Source: Hydrurus foetidus
Taxonomy: Eukaryota
Assembly (NCBI GenBank): GCA_900617105.1
Contig: UYFQ01000697.1
Location: 1-38,446, forward strand
DNA length: 38,446 nucleotides
Direction of reading: 5' to 3'
The stretch's first letter is position 1. Every line of letters starts with the position of its first letter. Both the position numbers and the translations under genes were made by a program. Positions 13,001-26,120 of the stretch are shown piece after piece. The notes beneath the pieces were generated by a model that made no database searches, had not been told where the DNA came from, and saw only the letters and a list, made by a program, of their open reading frames with translations.

Positions 13001-16000
13001 TAGGTGACATCCCCCCTGTTACTAAAAAGGGTATATATGAACGGTCAAGTATCTACATGACATTGATAGGATTGGTTGGCTACGGGGTGAAATTATCTTG
13101 TGTTCTTTCGACTCAATACACTGCGATGCAGACGTGATTATCGATATGAATCGACGACAGCACAGCTAGGCTATTTAGACAGTAGAATGAACAGCAAACA
13201 AGAGAATACTGTAGAGTGCGTTAGCGACTATGAACGCAACGAAGTGCATTATCGGTGTCGCGTGAAATGCAATGAAGAATGTTCCGCATGAAAGAGGGTA
13301 TCCGGTTTCCGGATGGTTAGAACGCACGTATCATCTCAGCGCCCACGCGCTCTCCAAAGAACTAGTACCAAGCGTCCGCAAGCTCCCGTTAGTTGCACCA
13401 TTCTGTTCCGGTACTCTGGTCTTGATCCGTTAAGCCGTACGTTGAGGCGATCGTATACTCACATATTATGTACATACATGTTATGTTGACATCCGCTAGA
13501 AGAAATGAATGATAACACCGAGTTAGCATTATTTATAGATACCCTACGTTGGGTGTTGTTCAAACTATACCCCGCGAGAGTTGAACCTCATCGGGCACTG
13601 AGGAGGAGTAGGTGACATCCCCCCTGTTACTAAAAAGGGTATATATGAACGGTCAAGTATCTACATGACATTGATAGGATTGGTTGGCTACGGGGTGAAA
13701 TTATCTTGTGTTCTTTCGACTCAATACACTGCGATGCAGACGTGATTATCGATATGAATCGACGACAGCACAGCTAGGCTATTTAGACAGTAGAATGAAC
13801 AGCAAACAAGAGAATACTGTAGAGTGCGTTAGCGACTATGAACGCAACGAAGTGCATTATCGGTGTCGCGTGAAATGCAATGAAGAATGTTCCGCATGAA
13901 AGAGGGTATCCGGTTTCCGGATGGTTAGAACGCACGTATCATCTCAGCGCCCACGCGCTCTCCAAAGAACTAGTACCAAGCGTCCGCAAGCTCCCGTTAG
14001 TTGCACCATTCTGTTCCGGTACTCTGGTCTTGATCCGTTAAGCCGTACGTTGAGGCGATCGTATACTCACATATTATGTACATACATGTTATGTTGACAT
14101 CCGCTAGAAGAAATGAATGATAACACCGAGTTAGCATTATTTATAGATACCCTACGTTGGGTGTTGTTCAAACTATACCCCGCGAGAGTTGAACCTCATC
14201 GGGCACTGAGGAGGAGTAGGTGACATCCCCCCTGTTACTAAAAAGGGTATATATGAACGGTCAAGTATCTACATGACATTGATAGGATTGGTTGGCTACG
14301 GGGTGAAATTATCTTGTGTTCTTTCGACTCAATACACTGCGATGCAGACGTGATTATCGATATGAATCGACGACAGCACAGCTAGGCTATTTAGACAGTA
14401 GAATGAACAGCAAACAAGAGAATACTGTAGAGTGCGTTAGCGACTATGAACGCAACGAAGTGCATTATCGGTGTCGCGTGAAATGCAATGAAGAATGTTC
14501 CGCATGAAAGAGGGTATCCGGTTTCCGGATGGTTAGAACGCACGTATCATCTCAGCGCCCACGCGCTCTCCAAAGAACTAGTACCAAGCGTCCGCAAGCT
14601 CCCGTTAGTTGCACCATTCTGTTCCGGTACTCTGGTCTTGATCCGTTAAGCCGTACGTTGAGGCGATCGTATACTCACATATTATGTACATACATGTTAT
14701 GTTGACATCCGCTAGAAGAAATGAATGATAACACCGAGTTAGCATTATTTATAGATACCCTACGTTGGGTGTTGTTCAAACTATACCCCGCGAGAGTTGA
14801 ACCTCATCGGGCACTGAGGAGGAGTAGGTGACATCCCCCCTGTTACTAAAAAGGGTATATATGAACGGTCAAGTATCTACATGACATTGATAGGATTGGT
14901 TGGCTACGGGGTGAAATTATCTTGTGTTCTTTCGACTCAATACACTGCGATGCAGACGTGATTATCGATATGAATCGACGACAGCACAGCTAGGCTATTT
15001 AGACAGTAGAATGAACAGCAAACAAGAGAATACTGTAGAGTGCGTTAGCGACTATGAACGCAACGAAGTGCATTATCGGTGTCGCGTGAAATGCAATGAA
15101 GAATGTTCCGCATGAAAGAGGGTATCCGGTTTCCGGATGGTTAGAACGCACGTATCATCTCAGCGCCCACGCGCTCTCCAAAGAACTAGTACCAAGCGTC
15201 CGCAAGCTCCCGTTAGTTGCACCATTCTGTTCCGGTACTCTGGTCTTGATCCGTTAAGCCGTACGTTGAGGCGATCGTATACTCACATATTATGTACATA
15301 CATGTTATGTTGACATCCGCTAGAAGAAATGAATGATAACACCGAGTTAGCATTATTTATAGATACCCTACGTTGGGTGTTGTTCAAACTATACCCCGCG
15401 AGAGTTGAACCTCATCGGGCACTGAGGAGGAGTAGGTGACATCCCCCCTGTTACTAAAAAGGGTATATATGAACGGTCAAGTATCTACATGACATTGATA
15501 GGATTGGTTGGCTACGGGGTGAAATTATCTTGTGTTCTTTCGACTCAATACACTGCGATGCAGACGTGATTATCGATATGAATCGACGACAGCACAGCTA
15601 GGCTATTTAGACAGTAGAATGAACAGCAAACAAGAGAATACTGTAGAGTGCGTTAGCGACTATGAACGCAACGAAGTGCATTATCGGTGTCGCGTGAAAT
15701 GCAATGAAGAATGTTCCGCATGAAAGAGGGTATCCGGTTTCCGGATGGTTAGAACGCACGTATCATCTCAGCGCCCACGCGCTCTCCAAAGAACTAGTAC
15801 CAAGCGTCCGCAAGCTCCCGTTAGTTGCACCATTCTGTTCCGGTACTCTGGTCTTGATCCGTTAAGCCGTACGTTGAGGCGATCGTATACTCACATATTA
15901 TGTACATACATGTTATGTTGACATCCGCTAGAAGAAATGAATGATAACACCGAGTTAGCATTATTTATAGATACCCTACGTTGGGTGTTGTTCAAACTAT

Positions 16001-19000
16001 ACCCCGCGAGAGTTGAACCTCATCGGGCACTGAGGAGGAGTAGGTGACATCCCCCCTGTTACTAAAAAGGGTATATATGAACGGTCAAGTATCTACATGA
16101 CATTGATAGGATTGGTTGGCTACGGGGTGAAATTATCTTGTGTTCTTTCGACTCAATACACTGCGATGCAGACGTGATTATCGATATGAATCGACGACAG
16201 CACAGCTAGGCTATTTAGACAGTAGAATGAACAGCAAACAAGAGAATACTGTAGAGTGCGTTAGCGACTATGAACGCAACGAAGTGCATTATCGGTGTCG
16301 CGTGAAATGCAATGAAGAATGTTCCGCATGAAAGAGGGTATCCGGTTTCCGGATGGTTAGAACGCACGTATCATCTCAGCGCCCACGCGCTCTCCAAAGA
16401 ACTAGTACCAAGCGTCCGCAAGCTCCCGTTAGTTGCACCATTCTGTTCCGGTACTCTGGTCTTGATCCGTTAAGCCGTACGTTGAGGCGATCGTATACTC
16501 ACATATTATGTACATACATGTTATGTTGACATCCGCTAGAAGAAATGAATGATAACACCGAGTTAGCATTATTTATAGATACCCTACGTTGGGTGTTGTT
16601 CAAACTATACCCCGCGAGAGTTGAACCTCATCGGGCACTGAGGAGGAGTAGGTGACATCCCCCCTGTTACTAAAAAGGGTATATATGAACGGTCAAGTAT
16701 CTACATGACATTGATAGGATTGGTTGGCTACGGGGTGAAATTATCTTGTGTTCTTTCGACTCAATACACTGCGATGCAGACGTGATTATCGATATGAATC
16801 GACGACAGCACAGCTAGGCTATTTAGACAGTAGAATGAACAGCAAACAAGAGAATACTGTAGAGTGCGTTAGCGACTATGAACGCAACGAAGTGCATTAT
16901 CGGTGTCGCGTGAAATGCAATGAAGAATGTTCCGCATGAAAGAGGGTATCCGGTTTCCGGATGGTTAGAACGCACGTATCATCTCAGCGCCCACGCGCTC
17001 TCCAAAGAACTAGTACCAAGCGTCCGCAAGCTCCCGTTAGTTGCACCATTCTGTTCCGGTACTCTGGTCTTGATCCGTTAAGCCGTACGTTGAGGCGATC
17101 GTATACTCACATATTATGTACATACATGTTATGTTGACATCCGCTAGAAGAAATGAATGATAACACCGAGTTAGCATTATTTATAGATACCCTACGTTGG
17201 GTGTTGTTCAAACTATACCCCGCGAGAGTTGAACCTCATCGGGCACTGAGGAGGAGTAGGTGACATCCCCCCTGTTACTAAAAAGGGTATATATGAACGG
17301 TCAAGTATCTACATGACATTGATAGGATTGGTTGGCTACGGGGTGAAATTATCTTGTGTTCTTTCGACTCAATACACTGCGATGCAGACGTGATTATCGA
17401 TATGAATCGACGACAGCACAGCTAGGCTATTTAGACAGTAGAATGAACAGCAAACAAGAGAATACTGTAGAGTGCGTTAGCGACTATGAACGCAACGAAG
17501 TGCATTATCGGTGTCGCGTGAAATGCAATGAAGAATGTTCCGCATGAAAGAGGGTATCCGGTTTCCGGATGGTTAGAACGCACGTATCATCTCAGCGCCC
17601 ACGCGCTCTCCAAAGAACTAGTACCAAGCGTCCGCAAGCTCCCGTTAGTTGCACCATTCTGTTCCGGTACTCTGGTCTTGATCCGTTAAGCCGTACGTTG
17701 AGGCGATCGTATACTCACATATTATGTACATACATGTTATGTTGACATCCGCTAGAAGAAATGAATGATAACACCGAGTTAGCATTATTTATAGATACCC
17801 TACGTTGGGTGTTGTTCAAACTATACCCCGCGAGAGTTGAACCTCATCGGGCACTGAGGAGGAGTAGGTGACATCCCCCCTGTTACTAAAAAGGGTATAT
17901 ATGAACGGTCAAGTATCTACATGACATTGATAGGATTGGTTGGCTACGGGGTGAAATTATCTTGTGTTCTTTCGACTCAATACACTGCGATGCAGACGTG
18001 ATTATCGATATGAATCGACGACAGCACAGCTAGGCTATTTAGACAGTAGAATGAACAGCAAACAAGAGAATACTGTAGAGTGCGTTAGCGACTATGAACG
18101 CAACGAAGTGCATTATCGGTGTCGCGTGAAATGCAATGAAGAATGTTCCGCATGAAAGAGGGTATCCGGTTTCCGGATGGTTAGAACGCACGTATCATCT
18201 CAGCGCCCACGCGCTCTCCAAAGAACTAGTACCAAGCGTCCGCAAGCTCCCGTTAGTTGCACCATTCTGTTCCGGTACTCTGGTCTTGATCCGTTAAGCC
18301 GTACGTTGAGGCGATCGTATACTCACATATTATGTACATACATGTTATGTTGACATCCGCTAGAAGAAATGAATGATAACACCGAGTTAGCATTATTTAT
18401 AGATACCCTACGTTGGGTGTTGTTCAAACTATACCCCGCGAGAGTTGAACCTCATCGGGCACTGAGGAGGAGTAGGTGACATCCCCCCTGTTACTAAAAA
18501 GGGTATATATGAACGGTCAAGTATCTACATGACATTGATAGGATTGGTTGGCTACGGGGTGAAATTATCTTGTGTTCTTTCGACTCAATACACTGCGATG
18601 CAGACGTGATTATCGATATGAATCGACGACAGCACAGCTAGGCTATTTAGACAGTAGAATGAACAGCAAACAAGAGAATACTGTAGAGTGCGTTAGCGAC
18701 TATGAACGCAACGAAGTGCATTATCGGTGTCGCGTGAAATGCAATGAAGAATGTTCCGCATGAAAGAGGGTATCCGGTTTCCGGATGGTTAGAACGCACG
18801 TATCATCTCAGCGCCCACGCGCTCTCCAAAGAACTAGTACCAAGCGTCCGCAAGCTCCCGTTAGTTGCACCATTCTGTTCCGGTACTCTGGTCTTGATCC
18901 GTTAAGCCGTACGTTGAGGCGATCGTATACTCACATATTATGTACATACATGTTATGTTGACATCCGCTAGAAGAAATGAATGATAACACCGAGTTAGCA

Positions 19001-20918
19001 TTATTTATAGATACCCTACGTTGGGTGTTGTTCAAACTATACCCCGCGAGAGTTGAACCTCATCGGGCACTGAGGAGGAGTAGGTGACATCCCCCCTGTT
19101 ACTAAAAAGGGTATATATGAACGGTCAAGTATCTACATGACATTGATAGGATTGGTTGGCTACGGGGTGAAATTATCTTGTGTTCTTTCGACTCAATACA
19201 CTGCGATGCAGACGTGATTATCGATATGAATCGACGACAGCACAGCTAGGCTATTTAGACAGTAGAATGAACAGCAAACAAGAGAATACTGTAGAGTGCG
19301 TTAGCGACTATGAACGCAACGAAGTGCATTATCGGTGTCGCGTGAAATGCAATGAAGAATGTTCCGCATGAAAGAGGGTATCCGGTTTCCGGATGGTTAG
19401 AACGCACGTATCATCTCAGCGCCCACGCGCTCTCCAAAGAACTAGTACCAAGCGTCCGCAAGCTCCCGTTAGTTGCACCATTCTGTTCCGGTACTCTGGT
19501 CTTGATCCGTTAAGCCGTACGTTGAGGCGATCGTATACTCACATATTATGTACATACATGTTATGTTGACATCCGCTAGAAGAAATGAATGATAACACCG
19601 AGTTAGCATTATTTATAGATACCCTACGTTGGGTGTTGTTCAAACTATACCCGCGAGAGTTGAACCTCATCGGGCACTGAGGAGGAGTAGGTGACATCCC
19701 CCCTGTTACTAAAAAGGGTATATATGAACGGTCAAGTATCTACATGACATTGATAGGATTGGTTGGCTACGGGGTGAAATTATCTTGTGTTCTTTCGACT
19801 CAATACACTGCGATGCAGACGTGATTATCGATATGAATCGACGACAGCACAGCTAGGCTATTTAGACAGTAGAATGAACAGCAAACAAGAGAATACTGTA
19901 GAGTGCGTTAGCGACTATGAACGCAACGAAGTGCATTATCGGTGTCGCGTGAAATGCAATGAAGAATGTTCCGCATGAAAGAGGGTATCCGGTTTCCGGA
20001 TGGTTAGAACGCACGTATCATCTCAGCGCCCACGCGCTCTCCAAAGAACTAGTACCAAGCGTCCGCAAGCTCCCGTTAGTTGCACCATTCTGTTCCGGTA
20101 CTCTGGTCTTGATCCGTTAAGCCGTACGTTGAGGCGATCGTATACTCACATATTATGTACATACATGTTATGTTGACATCCGCTAGAAGAAATGAATGAT
20201 AACACCGAGTTAGCATTATTTATAGATACCCTACGTTGGGTGTTGTTCAAACTATACCCCGCGAGAGTTGAACCTCATCGGGCACTGAGGAGGAGTAGGT
20301 GACATCCCCCCTGTTACTAAAAAGGGTATATATGAACGGTCAAGTATCTACATGACATTGATAGGATTGGTTGGCTACGGGGTGAAATTATCTTGTGTTC
20401 TTTCGACTCAATACACTGCGATGCAGACGTGATTATCGATATGAATCGACGACAGCACAGCTAGGCTATTTAGACAGTAGAATGAACAGCAAACAAGAGA
20501 ATACTGTAGAGTGCGTTAGCGACTATGAACGCAACGAAGTGCATTATCGGTGTCGCGTGAAATGCAATGAAGAATGTTCCGCATGAAAGAGGGTATCCGG
20601 TTTCCGGATGGTTAGAACGCACGTATCATCTCAGCGCCCACGCGCTCTCCAAAGAACTAGTACCAAGCGTCCGCAAGCTCCCGTTAGTTGCACCATTCTG
20701 TTCCGGTACTCTGGTCTTGATCCGTTAAGCCGTACGTTGAGGCGATCGTATACTCACATATTATGTACATACATGTTATGTTGACATCCGCTAGAAGAAA
20801 TGAATGATAACACCGAGTTAGCATTATTTATAGATACCCTACGTTGGGTGTTGTTCAAACTATACCCCGCGAGAGTTGAACCTCATCGGGCACTGAGGAG
20901 GAGTAGGTGACATCCCCC
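4006..20918. repeat. Tandem array of 608-bp units, ~27.8 copies (28 copies of a ~506-bp segment B alternating with 27 copies of a ~101-bp segment A)
   Basis: The same sequence recurs at 606-609 bp spacing (ORF-track starts 4595, 5203 ... 20395). Left edge begins mid-unit at ACACTGCG (4006), right edge ends at GTGACATCCCCC (20918). Differences between copies are mostly homopolymer indels. Confidence 0.99.
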
Positions 20919-20943
20919 ACTTGCGATCTAGCCGGGTGATTAT

Positions 20944-22157
20944 CTACTTTGTGTCTGAGGCGTACACTGCAGGAACATATCGCTTGCAGTTTTCTATATT
21001 CGGCTTAAATCCACCGACAAGAGAATTCGAGGACAAGGGACCATGCCTTGCTCCTGCGTAATCGTATACTTGGCCTCCCACATTGGAGCATTCCGAATAA
21101 TTCCCTCTGTCTCTTCTGTCATCGATGGAGCATCCAGCTGCCCTCATGTGAGTGTACATTGCCTAGCGTAGCGAATGTCCCGAGAAATATATTGGTGGCA
21201 AACCGACAGATTCGACGGCTTTCTTAACTGCTGTTCTGACCATATTTCCAGTTAGAAATTTTCTGCTGCCTGGTGGATGATCTGATGGACGTGAGAATAA
21301 TGGATCGGTGCCGACTAGATTGGCATTGACTGTCCAGTGAAATAAGTCGTCAAGCCACTGAGATTCGAGAGGACTTCGTCTGCCAACGCATTTTGTTTTC
21401 TTGAGTGATCCCATTTTGTGCGATGAGGCTTGCACATCGCACATCACAATGTTCTCTTGTGATTGCATTGCAACACGCTTATCGCCTCCTCTGAGGCGAA
21501 ATGTTTCGGACTCATTGTCTTTGATTGGTGTGGAGAGTATGAAAACGATTTCGTTTGCACGAATATTGTGATCAATACAGCCTCGTTCTGGCGCTGTCAT
21601 CTCGCTAATTCTGACTCCGAGATCGTAGCCCCACATTGCTCCCATGTAAGTCATTCTGCTGTCGAGTTGTGTTCCTATCCAAGGTTTGTCTTTAAAGTGT
21701 CCGTCGCGGATTATGTACAGTATGTCTTCGCAGACGGGCAGTTTAACGGTACCATTACTGTTAATCTTTTTTAGCTTCAATTCTTCAACGGTGTGCCGAC
21801 AGGCTTTGCGAATTCCTGTGACAATCTGTGCATCGAAGAACTCAGTAGGGCGAAGAGCAATCGAAAAGTGGTACCGGATGTGAGCCACAACTCCAGTTGC
21901 GGCACGATCTCTCAAACCTTTGACCTCGTATCTTTCTTTGAGAAAGAGTCCGATTCGACATGCTCTTTCCCTATCGTCTTTTGCTTTCAGTAAGTGTGGA
22001 TCTACTTCGCGACCGTTTTCTGATAGTGACTGCAGATATTTGTTCCAGCACGCCTAACCTGATTGATAGCGCATGATAGTACTCTTTGCAACCGTTCCAG
22101 CTATAAACTTTCCTAATCCAGCTTCCTCGTCTTTTGACACGGACGATGCCTCATCTG
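20944..22157 (-). pseudogene. Tyrosine recombinase of the YR retrotransposon, with two in-frame TAG stops
   Basis: One frame: ...KSTIMRYQSG*ACWNKY...DLGVRISEM (catalytic R)...SSHK...PLF...FSGHSLR* (HxxR) AMYTHMRAAG...RGNYS...VYDY (candidate catalytic Y). Stops at 22054-22056 and 21163-21165. The 5' limit is uncertain (possible splice acceptor TTAACATGCAG ending at 22155). Confidence 0.88.
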
Positions 22158-24241
22158 CATGTTAACAAATATGACTTTGTGGGTTATGTTAAGTCGTGAT
22201 TAGGATAGTCATCGATAGGCTCAAACGGCATTAGATCAATCGCCATTTCATTTAATGCACGCTGTATTTCTGTCCAGAAGTGGACAAAGTCGTTATCATT
22301 ATCGAACTGTACTCTGGGATCGCAACTGTGCAACAGAATCGATGTGTACTCCGTGTTATCGACGTCAACTATCTTGGTATTACTTCGATCTATCTGACTG
22401 AGTGCCTTGACGATTGTGAGCTCTTCCTGTTTCAAGCGAGAAAGTACATCACATCTCCAATTACCCTCGCCTAATATATGTGTTGTGTCTTGAACGTTGA
22501 GTCCAAACCGAATGCAAAGTAGCGAAAAAACTATCGCCGCATTCGATACTAATTTTCCTTTTGACTTTTCTTTCCTAGCCCATGAAAGCGCGGTTAACGA
22601 ATCGCCTCGAAATTCGACCGCAATGTTGCTGATTTCCAATTTGATCAGACCTATTAGTCCGACTATTCCTCCAATGTATTCCGCAACGTTTTGGTAGGAA
22701 GAATCAGTTCCGAAGTTGTGCCATGAAATGTCAACTGCAGCAGCCCCCAATGAGATTTCATTTTGATCCTTGTCTCGTCGATACCATAGTGCGCTGACTC
22801 CTGCCAGCGAAGCGTCGATCTCAACTATGAACGTTACGACTTGCGGTCGAAAGGAATCGAGGGATCTTGTGAACTGTGCTTGGTTGAGTTCAACTAGCGC
22901 CAACGTTGCTCGCCACATTTGAATTGAACGTTTAGTCTCCAGTTTGAAATCGAATTGTGCTGTCTTGCTGGATCTGCCACAAGTCGCCTCGTAAAGTGCG
23001 CTACTGAATGGTCGCATGTGTCTAAATATCATAGAATATCTTGACGCCCACGATGCAAGCATTTGAGCGAATGGAAGAGTAGTTTTTGCTTCTGTATCCA
23101 CTGTGTAAAACCCGTAAACTGTATTCAGAAAATTTTTCTTTGCAATCAACAAAGATTTTGTGTCGAGATCGATGACGTAGCCGATCAAGTCTAGACGACG
23201 ACCTGACTTGCTCTTATCATCGGCGATAGCATCTGGACCAAGAAGATCTGTGCATATTGATCTTGCTGTCTTCATGTCGTGTGTAAGGTCTTTGCGAAGG
23301 CAAACTCCCATTATGTCATCAACGTACATCAATACTTTCCCTCTCAGCTTGTGATTCATTTCGAATGTCAACGCTCTTGTGACAACTTGGAATGCAACGC
23401 TCTTGTCAACGCTCTTGTACAGTTCCTGTCCAGCCGAACACGCCGCATAAAAAAACGAGTACTCTCTGATTCGAAATAGTCATTCCCATGAGATTCGCAT
23501 TGTCTGGTCTGAAAGAGAGTAACGTATATGCTCCAGCTAAGTCCATTGTCCAAATGACCATATCATCCCAATTTGTAGAAGAGTCTATTCGTACACTTTC
23601 TTCAAAGAGATCAAGTATCATGAGTACGAAATCCGATATTGTTGGATGACTTATAATACCCCAGTATTTTTCTGCTTCAAGCTTGGCGTATTCCGAATTC
23701 AGTGGTGTACCGTCGCCGTTCGATAAATCGCTGATCGGTCTCCCACTTTTCTTTCCTTTCTTTCTTGCCCAATGAGCTTTACAGCAATTCAGATTTGGTA
23801 TGAATCTTAACGCTTCTGCTTCTGGTAGAATGAAAGCGAGTCCTTGTTCGTGAAGTGAAAATAGCATTTTGTCAACTGCACTGTGTACTCTGAGATAGAG
23901 ATCCCGCGGTGGCCTGTTTCGCCAAGTGCATTTGGAGCGAAAGATGGACAGCGAGGGATTATCATTCCATCTGACAAATCGTGAAGTTTGTTTCTCTCTG
24001 GATTGTTTGGATGTAATCTGTTCACTCTATCCTTCGATAGCCGATTGGCAGAGTTGACGGCAATTTGTCGTTTCACCATAATTTTGAAGTCCAATCCTGC
24101 TGCACGGAATTTTCTCATATCACTAGCGACGGCTGATGAAGGGATCTCAAAACCGTTGGCCCATTCGATAGCCTCTTCGATTCCATAATTCTCATCATTC
24201 GAAATGTATGCTTCCGTAAGAATTCTGCGTATGCTATCGAC

Positions 24242-24984
24242 CCCAGTGCTGCCAACAATGTGGTGGGGTCGGAAATGTGGTGGGTTCTCTCAAAATGCCC
24301 CATTTTGAACCCCCATAAATATATTTCTCAAAAACTGAATATTTTGTTTGAGTAATTAGATAGCTATGATTCCATTTCCAAAATCGAATTTATTTGAAAC
24401 AAATTTTGAAATGCAGATATTCCCTTAGGAAATATATCGCTGGTTTTTAACTTGATTCTGGCTGCATTCTCATGGTAAGTTAGATATCTTATCGTGTCAG
24501 AAATGGTCGAATTAGTGGAGACGTGAAAAGATTTGACGTAAAACGGAACGATTCAAGAGATAAATCGTTTTCAGAGACAATTTACAGTGTTTTCGTGGAT
24601 TCCGGACCGTGAGTTTACGTCATTTTTCGGGGAAAATACTGTAAATTGTCTCTGAAAACGATTTATCTCTTGAATCGTTCCGTTTTACGTCAAATCTTTT
24701 CACGTCTCCACTAATCCGACCATTTCTGACACGATAAGATATCTAACTTACCTTGAGAATGCAGCCAGAATCAAGTTAAAAACCAGCGATATATTTCCTA
24801 AGGGAATATCTGCATTTCAAAATTTGTTTCAAATAAATTCGATTTTGGAAATGGAATCATAGCTATCTAATTACTCAAACAAAATATTCAGTTTTTGAGA
24901 AATATATTTATGGGGGTTCAAAATGGGGCATTTTGAGAGAACCCACCACATTTCCGACCCCACCACATTGTTGGCAGCACTGGG
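24242..24984. mobile_element. Non-autonomous foldback/MITE element, almost fully palindromic
   Basis: Arms 24242-24594 and 24632-24984 are reverse complements with about 3 mismatches around a 37-bp spacer. Termini CCCAGTGCTGCCAAC...GTTGGCAGCACTGGG. AT-rich and non-coding. Excision restores the RT ORF (...NKPTV|DSIRRILTEAY...). Confidence 0.93.
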
Positions 24985-25131
24985 ACCGTGGGTTTGTTCA
25001 TCGGTTGGTAATATTTGTTGCATGTAGCGACAATGCTGTTGAGGAGATTATCGTTCATAATTTTCTTGGTTATAATTTGCTTTGATGTGGAAGCTGCCAT
25101 TGCAGTATTTAATGCAGCATTGTTCAGTGTT

Positions 25132-25620
25132 TCCGAGCTGTGTGGGGTTCGGTCAGTAGGAATGTCGATAGCGAACGAGATTGATTGTAATGTTCTCTGA
25201 TCGCTGGTACTATCATTCACTTCCGCAGTCTTGCGAGTACGGCCTGTGGCGATGTGTTGCAGAGTAGAGTATGGTGAACTCTGCATCGACTTTGATATGT
25301 TTGCATTCTTTTCTTCCGAGCTGTGTATAGTTCGGTCAGTAGGAATGTCGATAGCGAACGAGATTGATTGTAATGTTCTCTGATCGCTGGTACTATCATT
25401 CACTTCCGCAGTCTTGCGAGTACGGCCTGTGGTGATGTGTTGCAAAGTAGAGTATGGTGAACTCTGCATCGACTTTGATATGTTTGCATTCTTTTCTTCC
25501 GAGCTGTGTATAGTTCGGTCAGTAGGAATGTCGATAGCGAACGAGACTGATTGTAATGTTATCTGATCGCTGGCATTATCATTCACTTCCGTAGTCTTTC
25601 GAGTACGGCCTGTGGCGATA
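25132..25620 (-). repeat. In-frame 183-bp (61-aa) tandem repeat in the N-terminal region of the RT ORF; more degenerate copies extend to ~25910
   Basis: TGRTRKT(A/T)EVND...LQS(I/V)SFAIDIPTDRT(I/P)HSSE recurs three times; TGRT-x-KT-x-EV occurs five times in ORF 24918-26054. Confidence 0.9.
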
Positions 25621-26120
25621 TGGTTTGTAGGAATGTTGTTGGCGAACACGATCGATGGTTTTGTCTTGTGTTCGTTTGCATTATCATTTACTTCCACAGT
25701 CTTGAGAGTACGGCCTGTAGCGATATTTTGCAGAGTAGAGTATGTCGACCTCTGTATCGATTTTGATGTGTCGTCATTCTGTAATTCCGAGTTCTGAGTA
25801 ATTCGAACTGTAGGAATGCCGGTTGCTATCGTGACCGATAGATACTTATTGCAATCTTGAGCATTATCATCCACTTCCGTCGTCTTCTGAGTACGGCCTG
25901 TAGTGATCCGAGTTGTGATGGTATCTTGTATGGATATGACTTCACTCCTTACTTCCGGGTTGTATGATGCTTGATATGTAAGGATATTTGTCGGTGTTAT
26001 GGTCGATTTATATTGCCGATTGTATGTCTCGAAATTTCTCTGCTTGTGTTCCAAATTGCCTATTCTTTTTTGTAGTTAGTACTGTTGTGGTCCGATCCGC
26101 GAATCAGAACCACACGTAAC

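Larger units (their letters stand above)
22184..26054 (-). pseudogene. RT-RNase H ORF of the YR retrotransposon, disrupted by a MITE and frameshifts
   Basis: GRPISDLS, WTMDLAGAYTLL, GVFGWTGT, LMYVDDIMGV, LDLIGYVID (RT). EIDASLAG, QNVAEYIG, FRGDSLTALSW, HILGEGNWRCDVLSR (DIRS-type RNase H). Built from ORF pieces 24918-26054, 23807-24118, 23406-23867 and 22184-23371, with frameshifts near 23915 and 23395-23418. Confidence 0.9.

Noticed and set aside
4595..20586. Repeated 63-aa ORF (MFFRLNTLRC...) as a multicopy gene
   Set aside because: GTG start, no recognisable motif, spans the A/B junction, antisense to the element and broken in one copy; a by-product of the repeat.
4006..20918. CRISPR-like or spacer-containing array
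   Set aside because: Units are essentially identical over their whole length, with no variable spacers and no cas genes, in a eukaryotic context.
4006..20918. 5S rRNA, tRNA, snRNA or spliced-leader gene array
   Set aside because: I could not recognise any such RNA sequence or Pol III box in the unit; an Rfam scan would be needed to exclude it fully.
20838..20918. Canonical hammerhead or HDV-like ribozyme
   Set aside because: CTGAGGA/CCGATGA lack a correctly placed GAAA closing stem II, and no P1 partner for an HDV fold was found; kept only as an unassigned structure.
20944..23867. Prokaryotic retron or phage integrase plus RT system
   Set aside because: The RT is followed by a DIRS-type RNase H and preceded by a gag-like ORF, amid eukaryotic LTR elements and an intron-containing gene.
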